Shown here: positions 1-9,790 of the stretch, piece by piece
How the letters are laid out: every line of letters starts with the position of its first letter
Position numbering within the stretch: the first letter of the stretch is position 1
NCBI GenBank assembly: GCA_963704365.1
Contig: OY969899.1
Coordinates: 1,969,285-2,033,284, forward strand
Direction: 5' to 3'
DNA length: 64,000 bases
Origin: Parachlamydiales bacterium
Lineage (GTDB): Bacteria > Chlamydiota > Chlamydiia > Chlamydiales > JAJFMK01
Program-made: the position numbers and the translations under genes
The notes under the pieces: model-generated
The model's input: the letters and a program-made list of their open reading frames with translations, nothing else
What the model was told of the DNA's origin: nothing
The model's database searches: none

Positions 1-428
1 TTGGGAAAGCAAATGGTATTTTGCCCCAATAAGAATAATTTCGACTGCCATTCCTTTTTGGGAGGGGTGAATCCAAGCTCCTGATAAGACAGAAAGAGAG
101 AGGCTAAATGGACGGCAAGGGGGACCCTTTTCTCTTCCTCTTGATTGAGGTAATCGGCGATCTCTTCAATTTCGGGTAATTGGCCATAAATTTGCACAGC
201 CAAAGCCTCCTTTTTTAAGCTCTCCTTCAGAAGCTCATCGAGAGTTACCAGAGTGATTCCAAAAAAGGACCCCCGAGAAGCTAACAGCTTCCCCTTGACC
301 CATCGTTTCATCCCCCGGCTGGCAACAACCACTGTTTTTTGGCGCAATTCTACATCGGCAAACAGCTTTTCTTTCAACTTTAGAAGGAGATTTTCGAGCC
401 GATTGCTCAAGGTGACACAGGAGTTCAT
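1..428 (-). CDS. recC: Exodeoxyribonuclease V gamma subunit, N-terminal part (runs off the window edge; not in the ORF track)
   Basis: Manual translation from ATG 428: MNSCVTLSNRLENLLLKLKEKLF...TVVVASRGMKRWVKGKL. This matches the RecC N-terminal pattern SNRLxxL...VVxSxGMxxW. The frame stays open to position 1. Confidence 0.72.
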   Translation of the reverse strand, partial: MNSCVTLSNRLENLLLKLKEKLFADVELRQKTVVVASRGMKRWVKGKLLASRGSFFGITLVTLDELLKESLKKEALAVQIYGQLPEIEEIADYLNQEEEKRVPLAVHLASLFLSYQELGFTPPKKEWQSKLFLLGQNTICFP

Positions 429-539
429 TGCATCACTATTATATAGAGAAAATTGACAAAACTAAATAGCAGGGAGCTGTCCAGCCCATCTTGTTGTTTT
501 CTTTCTGAAGGCTTCTCCAAAAATTGTACAAAGTCGAGG

Positions 540-1055
540 TCACTTCCTTAGGGTTGTTTCAAAATCTTTTTTAATCTGCTTGATGGTTTTAACAAGAATT
601 AAAGGTGAACCTGGCGAAGAGGAAAATCCATAGTACTCGTAGAAACTTTTTGCTTTTTCATTTTTTGCATCAATGATTAAAACGCTTCCTCCAATCTGTT
701 CAGACTGCATTAAGCATTTTTCTAAGCAATGGATTAATAACATCTTTCCGTATCCCTTACCTTTACAATTTTTATCTACTGCAAGACGACACAACCGAAA
801 ACCTGGGATTGGGTTTGACCTAGGCCCAGTTAGAGTTTTCTTTTCTAAAAAATTCCGCTCAATGGAAGCAGGGCAGAGGGTGTAATAACCTAATACTTGC
901 TTCTTGGGATCACTCTTTTCGGTACATATGATGGTAACTCCGAAATGACGTTGTTGAAAAAGGAGCGCAAAATTCTTTAGAAATTGATTTAATTCCTCTT
1001 CTCCACAGTCAAAATGATCAGTTAAAGAAGTTTCAGTAAGAGTAGAGAAATACAC
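540..1055 (-). CDS. GNAT acetyltransferase toxin (AtaT/TacT-like type II TA toxin)
   Basis: FDCG..ELNQFL, LGYYTL, LCRLAVD..KGKGYGKMLL, IDAKNEKAKSFYEYYGF; directly downstream of a DUF1778 gene. Confidence 0.9.
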   Translation of the reverse strand: MYFSTLTETSLTDHFDCGEEELNQFLKNFALLFQQRHFGVTIICTEKSDPKKQVLGYYTLCPASIERNFLEKKTLTGPRSNPIPGFRLCRLAVDKNCKGKGYGKMLLIHCLEKCLMQSEQIGGSVLIIDAKNEKAKSFYEYYGFSSSPGSPLILVKTIKQIKKDFETTLRK

Positions 1056-1061
1056 TCGAAC

Positions 1062-1349
1062 CTAACCTCTCATTTTTTTATAGGCTTGAATCGCTTTTTT
1101 TAGATTATGATGGGTCCTCTCGGATGGTGCATCCATGATGGCCAGAAATTGATCCCATTGCTCATTGCTTAAAACCAGCTTGTTAAGTTGACCCATTTCC
1201 GCAATGTCTTGTTCCGCGACTTCTAATAACCTCAGGCGTGCATACGTATTTGGCTTTAAACCTGTTAGAAGAGCAGCCTTCTCAATCGTCATCTTGTCAA
1301 CAGAAGACATTCTGAAATTCATATTGGAATCCATTGAGCGCGCAGGCAT
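1062..1349 (-). CDS. DUF1778 ribbon-helix-helix antitoxin (AtaR/TacA-like)
   Basis: MNFR..DK.TIEKAALLTG, LSNEQWDQFLAIMDAP..LKKA. ATG 1349 is preceded by a GGGGG RBS. Confidence 0.88.
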   Translation of the reverse strand: MPARSMDSNMNFRMSSVDKMTIEKAALLTGLKPNTYARLRLLEVAEQDIAEMGQLNKLVLSNEQWDQFLAIMDAPSERTHHNLKKAIQAYKKMRG

Positions 1350-1460
1350 TTTACCCCCTTTCTTTTTACTATATCCCAAAATGTCATACAACGCAACACA
1401 TTCACACCGTCCTTTACGAATGTTGTACGTAAAATCGATTAATACTGATAATTATATGAA

Positions 1461-3212
1461 ATGTTGAAATTTCTGATCGATAGGATCTCCTCCTTCACCT
1501 ACCTCAATCTCGCCCAATTTCTGGGTGCGATGAATGATAATATTTACAAACTCCTCATCGTCTTTTTCCTCATCGGCCTAGAAGGGATCGGAAATAGCGG
1601 AACGATTTTATCGATTACAGGGGCAGTTTTTGTTATCCCGTTTCTCTTATTTTCCGCCGTTTCGGGAACTTTAGCCGACCGATATAGCAAGAGTACCATC
1701 ATTATCCTTACTAAAATTTTGGAAGTGATCACCATGGCCATTGGCCTTTTGGGGTTCATTTTAGAATGGAAAATAGGCTCCTATCTCATCCTCTTTTTGA
1801 TGGCGACACAAAGCGCCCTATTTAGCCCCTCTAAATATGGAATACTGCCCGAAATCCTTCCGAACGATAAGATCTCCCGCGCTAATGGGATGATGAGCTT
1901 TTTTACCTACTTGGCCATCATCTTGGGCACTTTTTTTGCCTCTTTCCTCACCGATGTCACTGGCCGCAACTTCGTCATCGGAGGAATATTTTGCGTCTTA
2001 ATCGCTATTATCGGCATGGTCGCAAGCTTTTTTATCTCGTACACCCCACCTGCAGGCTCTTCTAAACGACTCACCTTTTCATTCCTCTCCGAAATTTATC
2101 AAACGCTGAAAGAGATCTGGTTTAAGGTTCCAGCGCCTGGTGTTTTGCTTTCCAGCATGGCCAGCTCCTCTTATTTCCTCTTTTTTGGGGCCTTTATCCA
2201 ACTCAATTTGATCCCTTATGCTGTTCAGGACCTGGGAATGACAGACGTGCAAGGGGGCTATCTGTTCCTTGTCACAGCATTAGGGATCGGTGTTGGTTCT
2301 TATCTGGCAGGACGCATATCTGGCACTTCAGTCGAACTTGGCTTGATCCCTTTGGCCTGTTTTGCTTTAGGAGGCGGATGTTTTCTTCTAGAAGCCTTCG
2401 CTGGGCATCCAGAAGTTATTTTCGTCTTAGTGGCCATTTTAGGCGTTGCTGGAGGGCTTTTCTTGGTGCCGCTTGACAGCTACATCCAGCTCGGCAGCCC
2501 TCCTCAACTCCGTGGTCAGGTCATTGCTGCGACCAATTTTTTTAGCTTTGTTGGGGTGTTGCTTGCCTCTTGCTTCTTGTTCCTATTCACAAATGTGCTT
2601 CAAATCAGCCCAAGCCAATCTTTTGCAATGATTGGAATGATCACACTGGCTTTTGCAACGCTGCTGCTTTACCAGTTTTTTGACTTCCTTACCCGCTTTG
2701 TCGGAATGCTTCTTTCTCGCCTTCATTTTAGGACAACCTACTCAGGACTTGAAAAAATCCCCGAATCTCCTGCCATTTATGTCTGCCAACACACAGCTTG
2801 GAATGACACCCTCCTCCTTCTAGGAGCTCAAAATCGACGGATCCGTTTTTTCATTCAGGAGGTGCAAGATCACTCCCTCTTCATGAAAAAACTCTATTAT
2901 CTTCTCCGTATTGTCCACGTTCCTGAAGTGGAACAGTTAGAAAACAACAGAAAATGCCTTGACGCTATTAAGACAACCCTTAGGCGCGGTATTTCTGTCT
3001 GTATTTTTGTGAAAAATAACGATTTGGAAGGGACAATTGAGCAGTTAAAACACTCATGGGCTTTTCAAGAAATACTGGACGAATTTAACCAATCGATTAT
3101 CCCAGTTATTATCGATAAATCGCCCAAAGAACCTGAACCAAGTAGCCTAATACGGCGTCTTTTAAAAAAGACCCATTGGCCTGCCTCAATCCACTTTGGC
3201 TACCGCCATTAA
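1461..3212 (+). CDS. LplT-like MFS lysophospholipid transporter fused to a PlsC-like acyltransferase domain (Aas-like, no acyl-CoA synthetase domain)
   Basis: QFLGAMNDNIYK, GTLADRYSK, QSALFSPSKYGILPE, ISRANG; C-terminal HTAWND (HX4D) motif. Confidence 0.85.
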   Translation: MLKFLIDRISSFTYLNLAQFLGAMNDNIYKLLIVFFLIGLEGIGNSGTILSITGAVFVIPFLLFSAVSGTLADRYSKSTIIILTKILEVITMAIGLLGFILEWKIGSYLILFLMATQSALFSPSKYGILPEILPNDKISRANGMMSFFTYLAIILGTFFASFLTDVTGRNFVIGGIFCVLIAIIGMVASFFISYTPPAGSSKRLTFSFLSEIYQTLKEIWFKVPAPGVLLSSMASSSYFLFFGAFIQLNLIPYAVQDLGMTDVQGGYLFLVTALGIGVGSYLAGRISGTSVELGLIPLACFALGGGCFLLEAFAGHPEVIFVLVAILGVAGGLFLVPLDSYIQLGSPPQLRGQVIAATNFFSFVGVLLASCFLFLFTNVLQISPSQSFAMIGMITLAFATLLLYQFFDFLTRFVGMLLSRLHFRTTYSGLEKIPESPAIYVCQHTAWNDTLLLLGAQNRRIRFFIQEVQDHSLFMKKLYYLLRIVHVPEVEQLENNRKCLDAIKTTLRRGISVCIFVKNNDLEGTIEQLKHSWAFQEILDEFNQSIIPVIIDKSPKEPEPSSLIRRLLKKTHWPASIHFGYRH

Positions 3213-3249
3213 GCAACATTCACCACGAAACCATCTCGGGAAAAGAGTT

Positions 3250-3457
3250 TTTGAAAATTCATCACGAAGAACACGAAGAGACGAAGGCAACTTCATTGGC
3301 ATCCAAAACTCTCTCTCTGTGCTCTCTGTGAGCTCTGTGGTGATATTTTTTTTATTTTTTCAACCACAGAGAGAGAAAATAGAATGATGGAAGGTTGTAG
3401 GTCGAACTCTTTCTTTTAAAAACTTTCACCTTCGTGTCTTCGTGATGAATTTTCAAA
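3250..3457. repeat. Nested palindromic intergenic repeat: outer CACGAAG-type inverted repeats around a CTCTGTG/CACAGAG palindrome
   Basis: tttgaaaattcatcacgaagaacacgaag (3250-3278) is the inverted copy of cttcgtgtcttcgtgatgaattttcaaa (3430-3457). The inner ctctctgtgctctctgtgagctctgtggt...accacagag is shared with 30353, 35266 and 58109. Confidence 0.82.
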
Positions 3458-3473
3458 GACCTTCCTTGATGAA

Positions 3474-4604
3474 TCATTTCAAGATTCTTTGACGGCTAGA
3501 GGGTATGCCAAGTAATGAACGGTATTTGGCAATGACGCGCCGGGAACAGCCCAATCTTTTGGAAATTTCCTCGTCTGAAAGGGGGGAATTAGAGTCTTCC
3601 TGCTGAACTAGCTTAATCAATTGTTCCTTCACTGCCTCGGAAGACAGCTGGCTATTTTCAATTTTTTCAGGGAAAAAGGCTTTTAATGGAAAAATGCCAC
3701 GTTCAGTTGAAAACCATTTGCCATCTACTGCTCGAGCCACAGTCGAAGGATGAAGATGTATATTTTCTGCTACCTCTTTGTAAGTGAGAGGTAGCAGAGA
3801 TTGTTGATCTGAAAAAAACGGCCGTTGCATGTGATAGACAGCCTCTCCGATTTTTTGAAGAGTTCGTGCCCGAGTCTCTAGATTTTTCATGAGCCAACGA
3901 GCTGCTTGAAGTCTCTCCCGGACGAACGCTTTATCTTGGGAATCCATTTTTTCTGTAGAAAAGGGGTGCAAGCGAAAACGGGGCAAATCTCTATCTACAA
4001 CTTCAATCGTATCGCCCTTTTGGATAATGTCTGGATGAACAGGAGGCGCTGAAGTTTTATCAAAACTTTGAGCCGAACCGGTAAACACGCCTGGAGGATC
4101 AAAACCTCTCATGATCGGAAAAACACGTATGAAAACAGACAGAGGAATGTGAGAAAAAGAAGCTATCTCATCTATGGGAGTCAATAACGTTCCATCACTT
4201 TCTAATGAACCAATCAAGTAGAGGGCGGCTAACCTCTCTTCTTCTGTGTCAAATTCTTCTTCAGCTTGCCTCAAAAGATGGCGAGACAAAGAGTCGGGTT
4301 GAGGAATACGTTCTTCCCATGAGGGCTTCTCCTCGTCTGGGTCTAAATAGGGGGAAAAAGGGGCAACAAACTGGAAATCTTCTTCAGTGAATTCCAATGG
4401 ATGCATGCCTGCATCACGATGTCCCTCTTCCCCCAAGTAATCAACTTCCTCTAAAAGAGGATTTTCATTTATGGCTTCTCGTAGATATTCCCTTAAATCG
4501 GTCACGGGCATTTTTAAAATAGCAAAAGCCTGATCCATTCTATCTCCGGCAAAAAGACTTTGCCTCATCGCAGTTGTCTGGTTGGGTCTTTGCTCTAGTC
4601 TCAT
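3474..4604 (-). CDS. rpoN: RNA polymerase sigma-54 factor (short, 376 aa)
   Basis: ENPLLE, LHPSTVARAVDGK..STERGIFPLKAFF, PLSDEEI and RpoN box SRRVIAKYRSLLGIPSSRQR. Confidence 0.92.
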   Translation of the reverse strand: MRLEQRPNQTTAMRQSLFAGDRMDQAFAILKMPVTDLREYLREAINENPLLEEVDYLGEEGHRDAGMHPLEFTEEDFQFVAPFSPYLDPDEEKPSWEERIPQPDSLSRHLLRQAEEEFDTEEERLAALYLIGSLESDGTLLTPIDEIASFSHIPLSVFIRVFPIMRGFDPPGVFTGSAQSFDKTSAPPVHPDIIQKGDTIEVVDRDLPRFRLHPFSTEKMDSQDKAFVRERLQAARWLMKNLETRARTLQKIGEAVYHMQRPFFSDQQSLLPLTYKEVAENIHLHPSTVARAVDGKWFSTERGIFPLKAFFPEKIENSQLSSEAVKEQLIKLVQQEDSNSPLSDEEISKRLGCSRRVIAKYRSLLGIPSSRQRILK

Positions 4605-4720
4605 ATCTTTAAAAGTAGCCTTGAATCATAAAGAGGAGATAAACAGATTAAACAACTGATTATAAGCATGATGAAAACTTAATAATTTCATGGCACTGTT
4701 GAAATTAAGAGGAGGAGCTC

Positions 4721-5041
4721 ATGTCGATCCAGTATGAAGTAAAATCGACCTATTTACTGATCAAGTTGAAGATGGAGTATCTCGACGCCCGTGTGGCTGA
4801 ATATGTAAAAGAAGAGATATTTTCCCTTATAGAAAAGGGAAGCTCAAATCTGATCGTGATCGATTTATCGGCTGTCGAATTCATCGATAGTTCTGGTTTC
4901 GGAGCCCTTATTCTCTTTCTAAAGAGATGCAAAGAAGTAGAGAAAAGTTTGGCTCTTTGTTCCCTTACGCCTCAAGCTAGACTCTGCTTTCGTATGTTAA
5001 ACCTCGACAAGTTGTTCGATATCCGCGACACCCTCCCCTAA
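4721..5041 (+). CDS. STAS anti-sigma factor antagonist (RsbV/SpoIIAA family)
   Basis: IDLSAVEFIDSSGFGAL; strong AGGAGG RBS. Confidence 0.9.
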   Translation: MSIQYEVKSTYLLIKLKMEYLDARVAEYVKEEIFSLIEKGSSNLIVIDLSAVEFIDSSGFGALILFLKRCKEVEKSLALCSLTPQARLCFRMLNLDKLFDIRDTLP

Positions 5042-5045
5042 AATG

Positions 5046-5324
5046 TTATTCGCCTAACAGCTTTTTAGCCTTTTCGATAGCATCTGAACGAGAAATTGTC
5101 TCTTGTTTTCCTGCTAATTTCACCTGAAAATCATCGCAGAAATTGTTTGCAGTCCGATCAGTGATATAATCAGTGTCAGGGATCATACATTCATTGCGCC
5201 TTCCAGGGGCATGGTGGCGACAATTGAGGCAACAATGTTGTCCTGAAAAACACTTCTCACAAAGGGTGCGAAAAGTGATCGAATCAACCCCAAGTGACAG
5301 GCCACATTTATAACAATTCAGCAA
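5046..5324 (-). CDS. Small Cys-rich putative metal-binding protein
   Basis: CxxC..Cxx[18 protein letters not shown]; overlaps the rfbA stop. Confidence 0.7.
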   Translation of the reverse strand: MLNCYKCGLSLGVDSITFRTLCEKCFSGQHCCLNCRHHAPGRRNECMIPDTDYITDRTANNFCDDFQVKLAGKQETISRSDAIEKAKKLLGE

Positions 5325-6180
5325 GAGACCTCAAGTAGCTGCCATAGCTGCTTTTCCCCATCCTATCGGCATGTGCGTGTAATTTACTTTTATCAATCCA
5401 TCCTTGCCGGTAGGCGATCTCTTCAAGTGATCCTACAAAAAGGCCCTGACGATCCTCCAGCAGCTGGATAAAATGACTGGCTTGAAGCAGGGTTTCGTGT
5501 GTTCCCATGTCAAGCCAAGTAAAACCTCTTCCCATCACTTCAACAGTTAAATTGCCCTGCTTTAAGTAGGCTGAATTGACATCGGTGATCTCCAATTCAC
5601 CCCTTGCTGATGGCTTGAGGCTTTTAGCGATTTCTACCACTTGTTGATCGTAAAAATAGAGACCGGTCACAGCAAGTCTTGAATCAGGTTTAATTGGTTT
5701 TTCAACAAGCGACAAGGGCCTTCCATATGGGTCTAAACTGACAACGCCATATCTTTCAGGATCTTTAACCTCGTAGCCAAAAATAGTCGCCCCAACTTTT
5801 TTTTGAGCTGCTTTTAACAAAAGGGGTTGCAGATGGTTTCCATAGTAAATGTTGTCGCCTAAAATGAGGGCACAGTTTTCGTCACCGATGAATTTTTCCC
5901 CTATAATAAACGCCTCTGCAATCCCATTTGGGGCCTTTTGAGGCAAGTATTCTAAAGATATCCCAAATTGCGAGCCATCTCCTAATACTTTTTGAAAAAG
6001 GGGAAGGTCATGGGGAGTTGAAATGATCAACAATTCCTTAATGCCAGCCAGCATCATCACTGACAGAGGGTAATAGACCATCGGCTTGTTATAGACAGGC
6101 AACAACTGTTTAGAAATGGCAAGTGTCAAAGGATGGAGACGAGTACCACTCCCACCTGCTAATATGAGTCCTTTCATCAA
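5308..6180 (-). CDS. rfbA: Glucose-1-phosphate thymidylyltransferase
   Basis: [54 protein letters not shown]. Confidence 0.97.
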   Translation of the reverse strand: MMKGLILAGGSGTRLHPLTLAISKQLLPVYNKPMVYYPLSVMMLAGIKELLIISTPHDLPLFQKVLGDGSQFGISLEYLPQKAPNGIAEAFIIGEKFIGDENCALILGDNIYYGNHLQPLLLKAAQKKVGATIFGYEVKDPERYGVVSLDPYGRPLSLVEKPIKPDSRLAVTGLYFYDQQVVEIAKSLKPSARGELEITDVNSAYLKQGNLTVEVMGRGFTWLDMGTHETLLQASHFIQLLEDRQGLFVGSLEEIAYRQGWIDKSKLHAHADRMGKSSYGSYLRSLAELL

Positions 6181-6197
6181 TTTTACTGATTAGAATA

Positions 6198-8507
6198 ATG
6201 TTTCAAACAGTGTACATGAGATTATCAAATAAGTGGTCTTACCTACTATTTATTTTACCTTTGTTTGTAGCAGCGTCTCTTTTTATGGGGATTTCGCTGA
6301 GTAAAAACCAGCTACTCCATTTTTATCTCTACCGACTAGGATTACTCCCTACAGTCCATTCCCCTCTTCACATTCCGATGCCGGAAGTTATTCCCCGATC
6401 GGGGCCAACTGAAAAAATTCTTGGACGTCTACTCCTCCTTTTTTCCTGGAATTTAGACGGCACCCTCGAGCATCCAATGCTTGGAACTCTCCCCTTTCAC
6501 CTCTCACTTGAGCGGGACAAAGGAGATCTCTCCATTACGACCGAAACCGGCGGAATAAAAGCCAGTTGGAGAGGAAAAAAGCGATGGATCAAGTTTGACC
6601 ATACCCCCCTTTCACTGCTGGCCTCACTCCCGGAAGGAGATGTTCAAGGAGAATGGGCCGATGAGAAGGGGCATAAAGGTTCAGTCATCGTCACATTAAA
6701 GGGGGGAGAGACTATCTCTTTTCGAGGCGAAGGAAAAAAAGTTTTGATTAACTCGCTTGGATTTAAATTAGAAGGAGACTTAGACCTCGATCTTCCGATT
6801 GGAAAACCTCCAACTTTAATATTGACTCACGGTTTTGGAAAATTGGGCACTCATTGGGGTTTAAAGGACATTTGCTTTGACAGCTCTCAAGGGAGAATTG
6901 AAGGACAACTTCAACAGGATCAGCCTCTGGATATTCTTTCAGGGCTTTCATTAAGCGATGGTTTTGGCCATTTTCATTTCGATATTGATGAGAAGAAATT
7001 GCTGGGAACCGATTTTGAAGCCACCTTAACCTTTTTAAATGAGAATAAAAAAGCTCTATTTCCTTATTGGGAAGCCGATAGAGAGGGGGGAGCTTTTGAA
7101 GTTTGGATTGAAAAAGAGGGGCTAATCAAAGGGATTTACGGACATGATGAGATCCATCTCTTTGAAGGAAGTTTCCTTGGAGGCATCGAAATGGGCCCCC
7201 TAAAGCTTAGCAAAGAAAAATTAGAGGGAACCATTAAAAGCGATATAGCCCCTCTTATTGAGAAATGGAGCCGTTGGTCTATTTTCCCTTTACCCCCTTT
7301 GCCTTTATTTGAGGGCAAATTGGATGGCGAAATTCTATTAACTGCTGAGCGTGGAGAGTGTCATCTTTCAGGAGAAAATCTAAAAATAGGGGATTGGCCT
7401 ATCACCTCTGCCAGCTTTAATATTGCCGTTGAGCCCAATGCTCTGCACGTAAAAGAAGGTTCTATAGAGGATTGTATTTTCAGTTTTGACCTCATCCGGA
7501 AGGGGACTACTTGGGAGATGCCCACTTTTGCTCTGATCTGGAGAGATTTTTTACGAGGAACAGCAACGGGAGAAAGAACCGAAGAGGGTGCACACTTACA
7601 CTTTAACCACTTTTCTGCCGATCTTATGGTCCTTGAATCGATCCCTCCGTTGCAAGAGTTGTTACATCGATTCGATCTAAAAGGGCGATTGATTGGGTCT
7701 GGAGAGATTTTATATACAGATCACAAATGGAAAGGGTCATTCAGAATGAGGGGCGAAGAATGGATGTTGGGCGAAAAAGCATTTCCCTTCTTTGAAGAGA
7801 TGTTCATAGAGATCGACGATAAGGTCCGATTCTCAGGAGGGTCTTTCCAGTTAGACAAACAATATTTAACGTTAGAAGATGGGACGGTCGATCAGGATGG
7901 TGTAAGCTGCAGTGGGGTTGGGGTCTTTTCTATTCCTTGGATTGTAAATAACACCCTTTCTGGCCCTTGGAAATATCACAATGGTCTGTTTTCTGGAGTA
8001 GTCGATTTTCCAGCCCATGGGTTAGTTCTATGGGAAAAAGGGTTCTATACACCGTTAAACCTTTCCACACCTTTGCATGGGATCTCCTGTGAAATCGAGG
8101 ATAATGGCCAGGTGAAGGGAAAATGGGGCGATGGTGTCACTTTTGAAATGATGCTTGAGGGCGAAGGCAGAGGGGAAGGGAAAGCTAGGCTTTCGGGATT
8201 GCCTTTACCTAAAATACCTATCGAGAGCCCATTACCTCTGGAGATAGGTTGGATCTACCCATCAGTTGGCACACTCCCATTCAAATTATCAGAGGATGGT
8301 TTACAGATATTGCCTGGAGGGGAATTATTTTCAGAAGGCAAAGGGATTCGCTACGAAAAAGTTGAAGGTCTCATTGGTTGGAACGGTGAATTAAAGATAC
8401 GGCTTCTTCCAAAGGCTGCTAGATTGCCCCTTTATTGGCTTGAGCGTGGTGAAATTGCAATTTTAGGGACGCTTGAGGAACCCAAAGTCGAAGTTAAATG
8501 GCGCTAA
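6198..8507 (+). CDS. Large hypothetical envelope protein (N-terminal TM, Gly/beta-rich; possibly AsmA/TamB-like)
   Basis: 769-aa ORF with a single N-terminal hydrophobic anchor and alternating beta-strand patterns. It ends in IAILGTLEEPKV, similar to the AsmA-like C-terminal I.GTL..P.V. Confidence 0.65.
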   Translation: MFQTVYMRLSNKWSYLLFILPLFVAASLFMGISLSKNQLLHFYLYRLGLLPTVHSPLHIPMPEVIPRSGPTEKILGRLLLLFSWNLDGTLEHPMLGTLPFHLSLERDKGDLSITTETGGIKASWRGKKRWIKFDHTPLSLLASLPEGDVQGEWADEKGHKGSVIVTLKGGETISFRGEGKKVLINSLGFKLEGDLDLDLPIGKPPTLILTHGFGKLGTHWGLKDICFDSSQGRIEGQLQQDQPLDILSGLSLSDGFGHFHFDIDEKKLLGTDFEATLTFLNENKKALFPYWEADREGGAFEVWIEKEGLIKGIYGHDEIHLFEGSFLGGIEMGPLKLSKEKLEGTIKSDIAPLIEKWSRWSIFPLPPLPLFEGKLDGEILLTAERGECHLSGENLKIGDWPITSASFNIAVEPNALHVKEGSIEDCIFSFDLIRKGTTWEMPTFALIWRDFLRGTATGERTEEGAHLHFNHFSADLMVLESIPPLQELLHRFDLKGRLIGSGEILYTDHKWKGSFRMRGEEWMLGEKAFPFFEEMFIEIDDKVRFSGGSFQLDKQYLTLEDGTVDQDGVSCSGVGVFSIPWIVNNTLSGPWKYHNGLFSGVVDFPAHGLVLWEKGFYTPLNLSTPLHGISCEIEDNGQVKGKWGDGVTFEMMLEGEGRGEGKARLSGLPLPKIPIESPLPLEIGWIYPSVGTLPFKLSEDGLQILPGGELFSEGKGIRYEKVEGLIGWNGELKIRLLPKAARLPLYWLERGEIAILGTLEEPKVEVKWR

Positions 8508-9178
8508 AAGATATTTTAGACATTTTTTTTCCTCCACTATGCGAAGGGTGTGAGGCTTTGTTAGAAAAGGGGGAAAGACGAGTTTGTAAAACATGTCTGA
8601 TAGATCTGGAACCCATCTCAAAAACCCCCAATCTTCCCCCTTTTGATCGTTTAGGTGCTGTCTGGAATTATGGTGGGGCGGCTCAAAGGCTGATCACTCG
8701 TTATAAAGAAGGCAAGCGAGAGCTCGATGCCCCCCTCTTTGCAAACTATCTTCTATTGCAAATCGATAATCTGCAATGGCCCTCCCCAGAGGTCATTGTG
8801 ACTGTACCTCAAGACCCTTTTAAGAAGTTTTGGATGCAGTTCGACCCGATTGGACTGATAGGGGAATCTGTCGCAAAAAGCTTAAACATCCCTCTTTTTG
8901 CAGGCTTCAAGCGACAAGGGGGAAGAGGCTCTCAAGCCTCTTTAGCAAAAGAGGGACGGTTATCATTAGGGGACGAAACCTTTTTCCTCTCTCTGGGTGG
9001 CTTGCAAGGAAAAAGGGTACTATTGCTTGATGATGTGATGACAACAGGCACCACACTAAAAGCAGCCGCAAATGCCTTATGGAAAGGGATGCCACTGTCG
9101 ATCTATGGTCTAACACTGGCCAAAGTCGAAATTGAAGAAAAAAGGGAAGATTTTCAGATTGGTTCTGGCGCTCTGTAG
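8498..9178 (+). CDS. comF: ComF family protein (double zinc ribbon + phosphoribosyltransferase)
   Basis: FFPPLCEGC..CKTC and VLLLDDVMTTGTTL. Confidence 0.9.
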   Translation: MALKDILDIFFPPLCEGCEALLEKGERRVCKTCLIDLEPISKTPNLPPFDRLGAVWNYGGAAQRLITRYKEGKRELDAPLFANYLLLQIDNLQWPSPEVIVTVPQDPFKKFWMQFDPIGLIGESVAKSLNIPLFAGFKRQGGRGSQASLAKEGRLSLGDETFFLSLGGLQGKRVLLLDDVMTTGTTLKAAANALWKGMPLSIYGLTLAKVEIEEKREDFQIGSGAL

Positions 9179-9325
9179 AACAAATGAAATTTCCAACTAT
9201 TTAGATGCCGGGCCAATATCCCCCTTGCAATAAACCACTTCAACTTTAAAAGTGTCTAATTAAGGAGATAGTTGTTTGACATCATTTAATGTGTTTATAA
9301 TGTTTTTTGAATAGAGGTTTTTTTA

Positions 9326-9790
9326 ATGGCTCAACCAACACAATTAACAACTACCAAAACCTTTCCAACAGACACCAATTCCAACGTTTTTGGTAAAGAA
9401 CTTGGTGCAGTGAATACTATCAACCAGTTTTCAAAGACAATTTGCAGCAATTGCGGTAAAGAGGGAAAGCTCCGCTGCAGCCGTTGCCAGGAAATTTTCT
9501 ACTGTGGGCAAGAATGTCAAAAAACGGGGTGGAAGGTTCATAAAGCCATTTGCTTCCCTCCAAATCCTTTTGGGGGTAAGGCAAGCGATCTTCGTCGGTT
9601 GATGGCCCCCTTTCCTGCTGATTCAGAGATAGCCTGTCTATTCAAAAGTGAAGATGGCCATATCACCCCATTGACACAAGCAGAGTTTCGTCAGAAAACG
9701 GGAATAACCCTTCACTCCATACTACAAAGCACCTCAAGCCCTAATCACCAAGTGGTCAAGCATGACCCCTCGAACTGTTCCATCTATTAA
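9326..9790 (+). CDS. zf-MYND zinc-finger protein (probably the N-terminal part of a MYND-SET protein)
   Basis: CSNCGKEGKLRCSRCQEIFYCGQECQKTGWKVHKAIC is a canonical MYND finger. Confidence 0.85.
   Translation: MAQPTQLTTTKTFPTDTNSNVFGKELGAVNTINQFSKTICSNCGKEGKLRCSRCQEIFYCGQECQKTGWKVHKAICFPPNPFGGKASDLRRLMAPFPADSEIACLFKSEDGHITPLTQAEFRQKTGITLHSILQSTSSPNHQVVKHDPSNCSIY

Noticed and set aside
3196-3387. Short ORFs 3196-3387 and 30300-30485 sharing VLSVSSVVIFF
   Set aside because: They are translations of the palindromic repeat, not genes.
9276-9301. Perfect TTGACA and TATAAT upstream of the MYND gene
   Set aside because: The spacer is only 14 nt, too short for a sigma70/sigma66 promoter as a pair. 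The -10 box may still be real.
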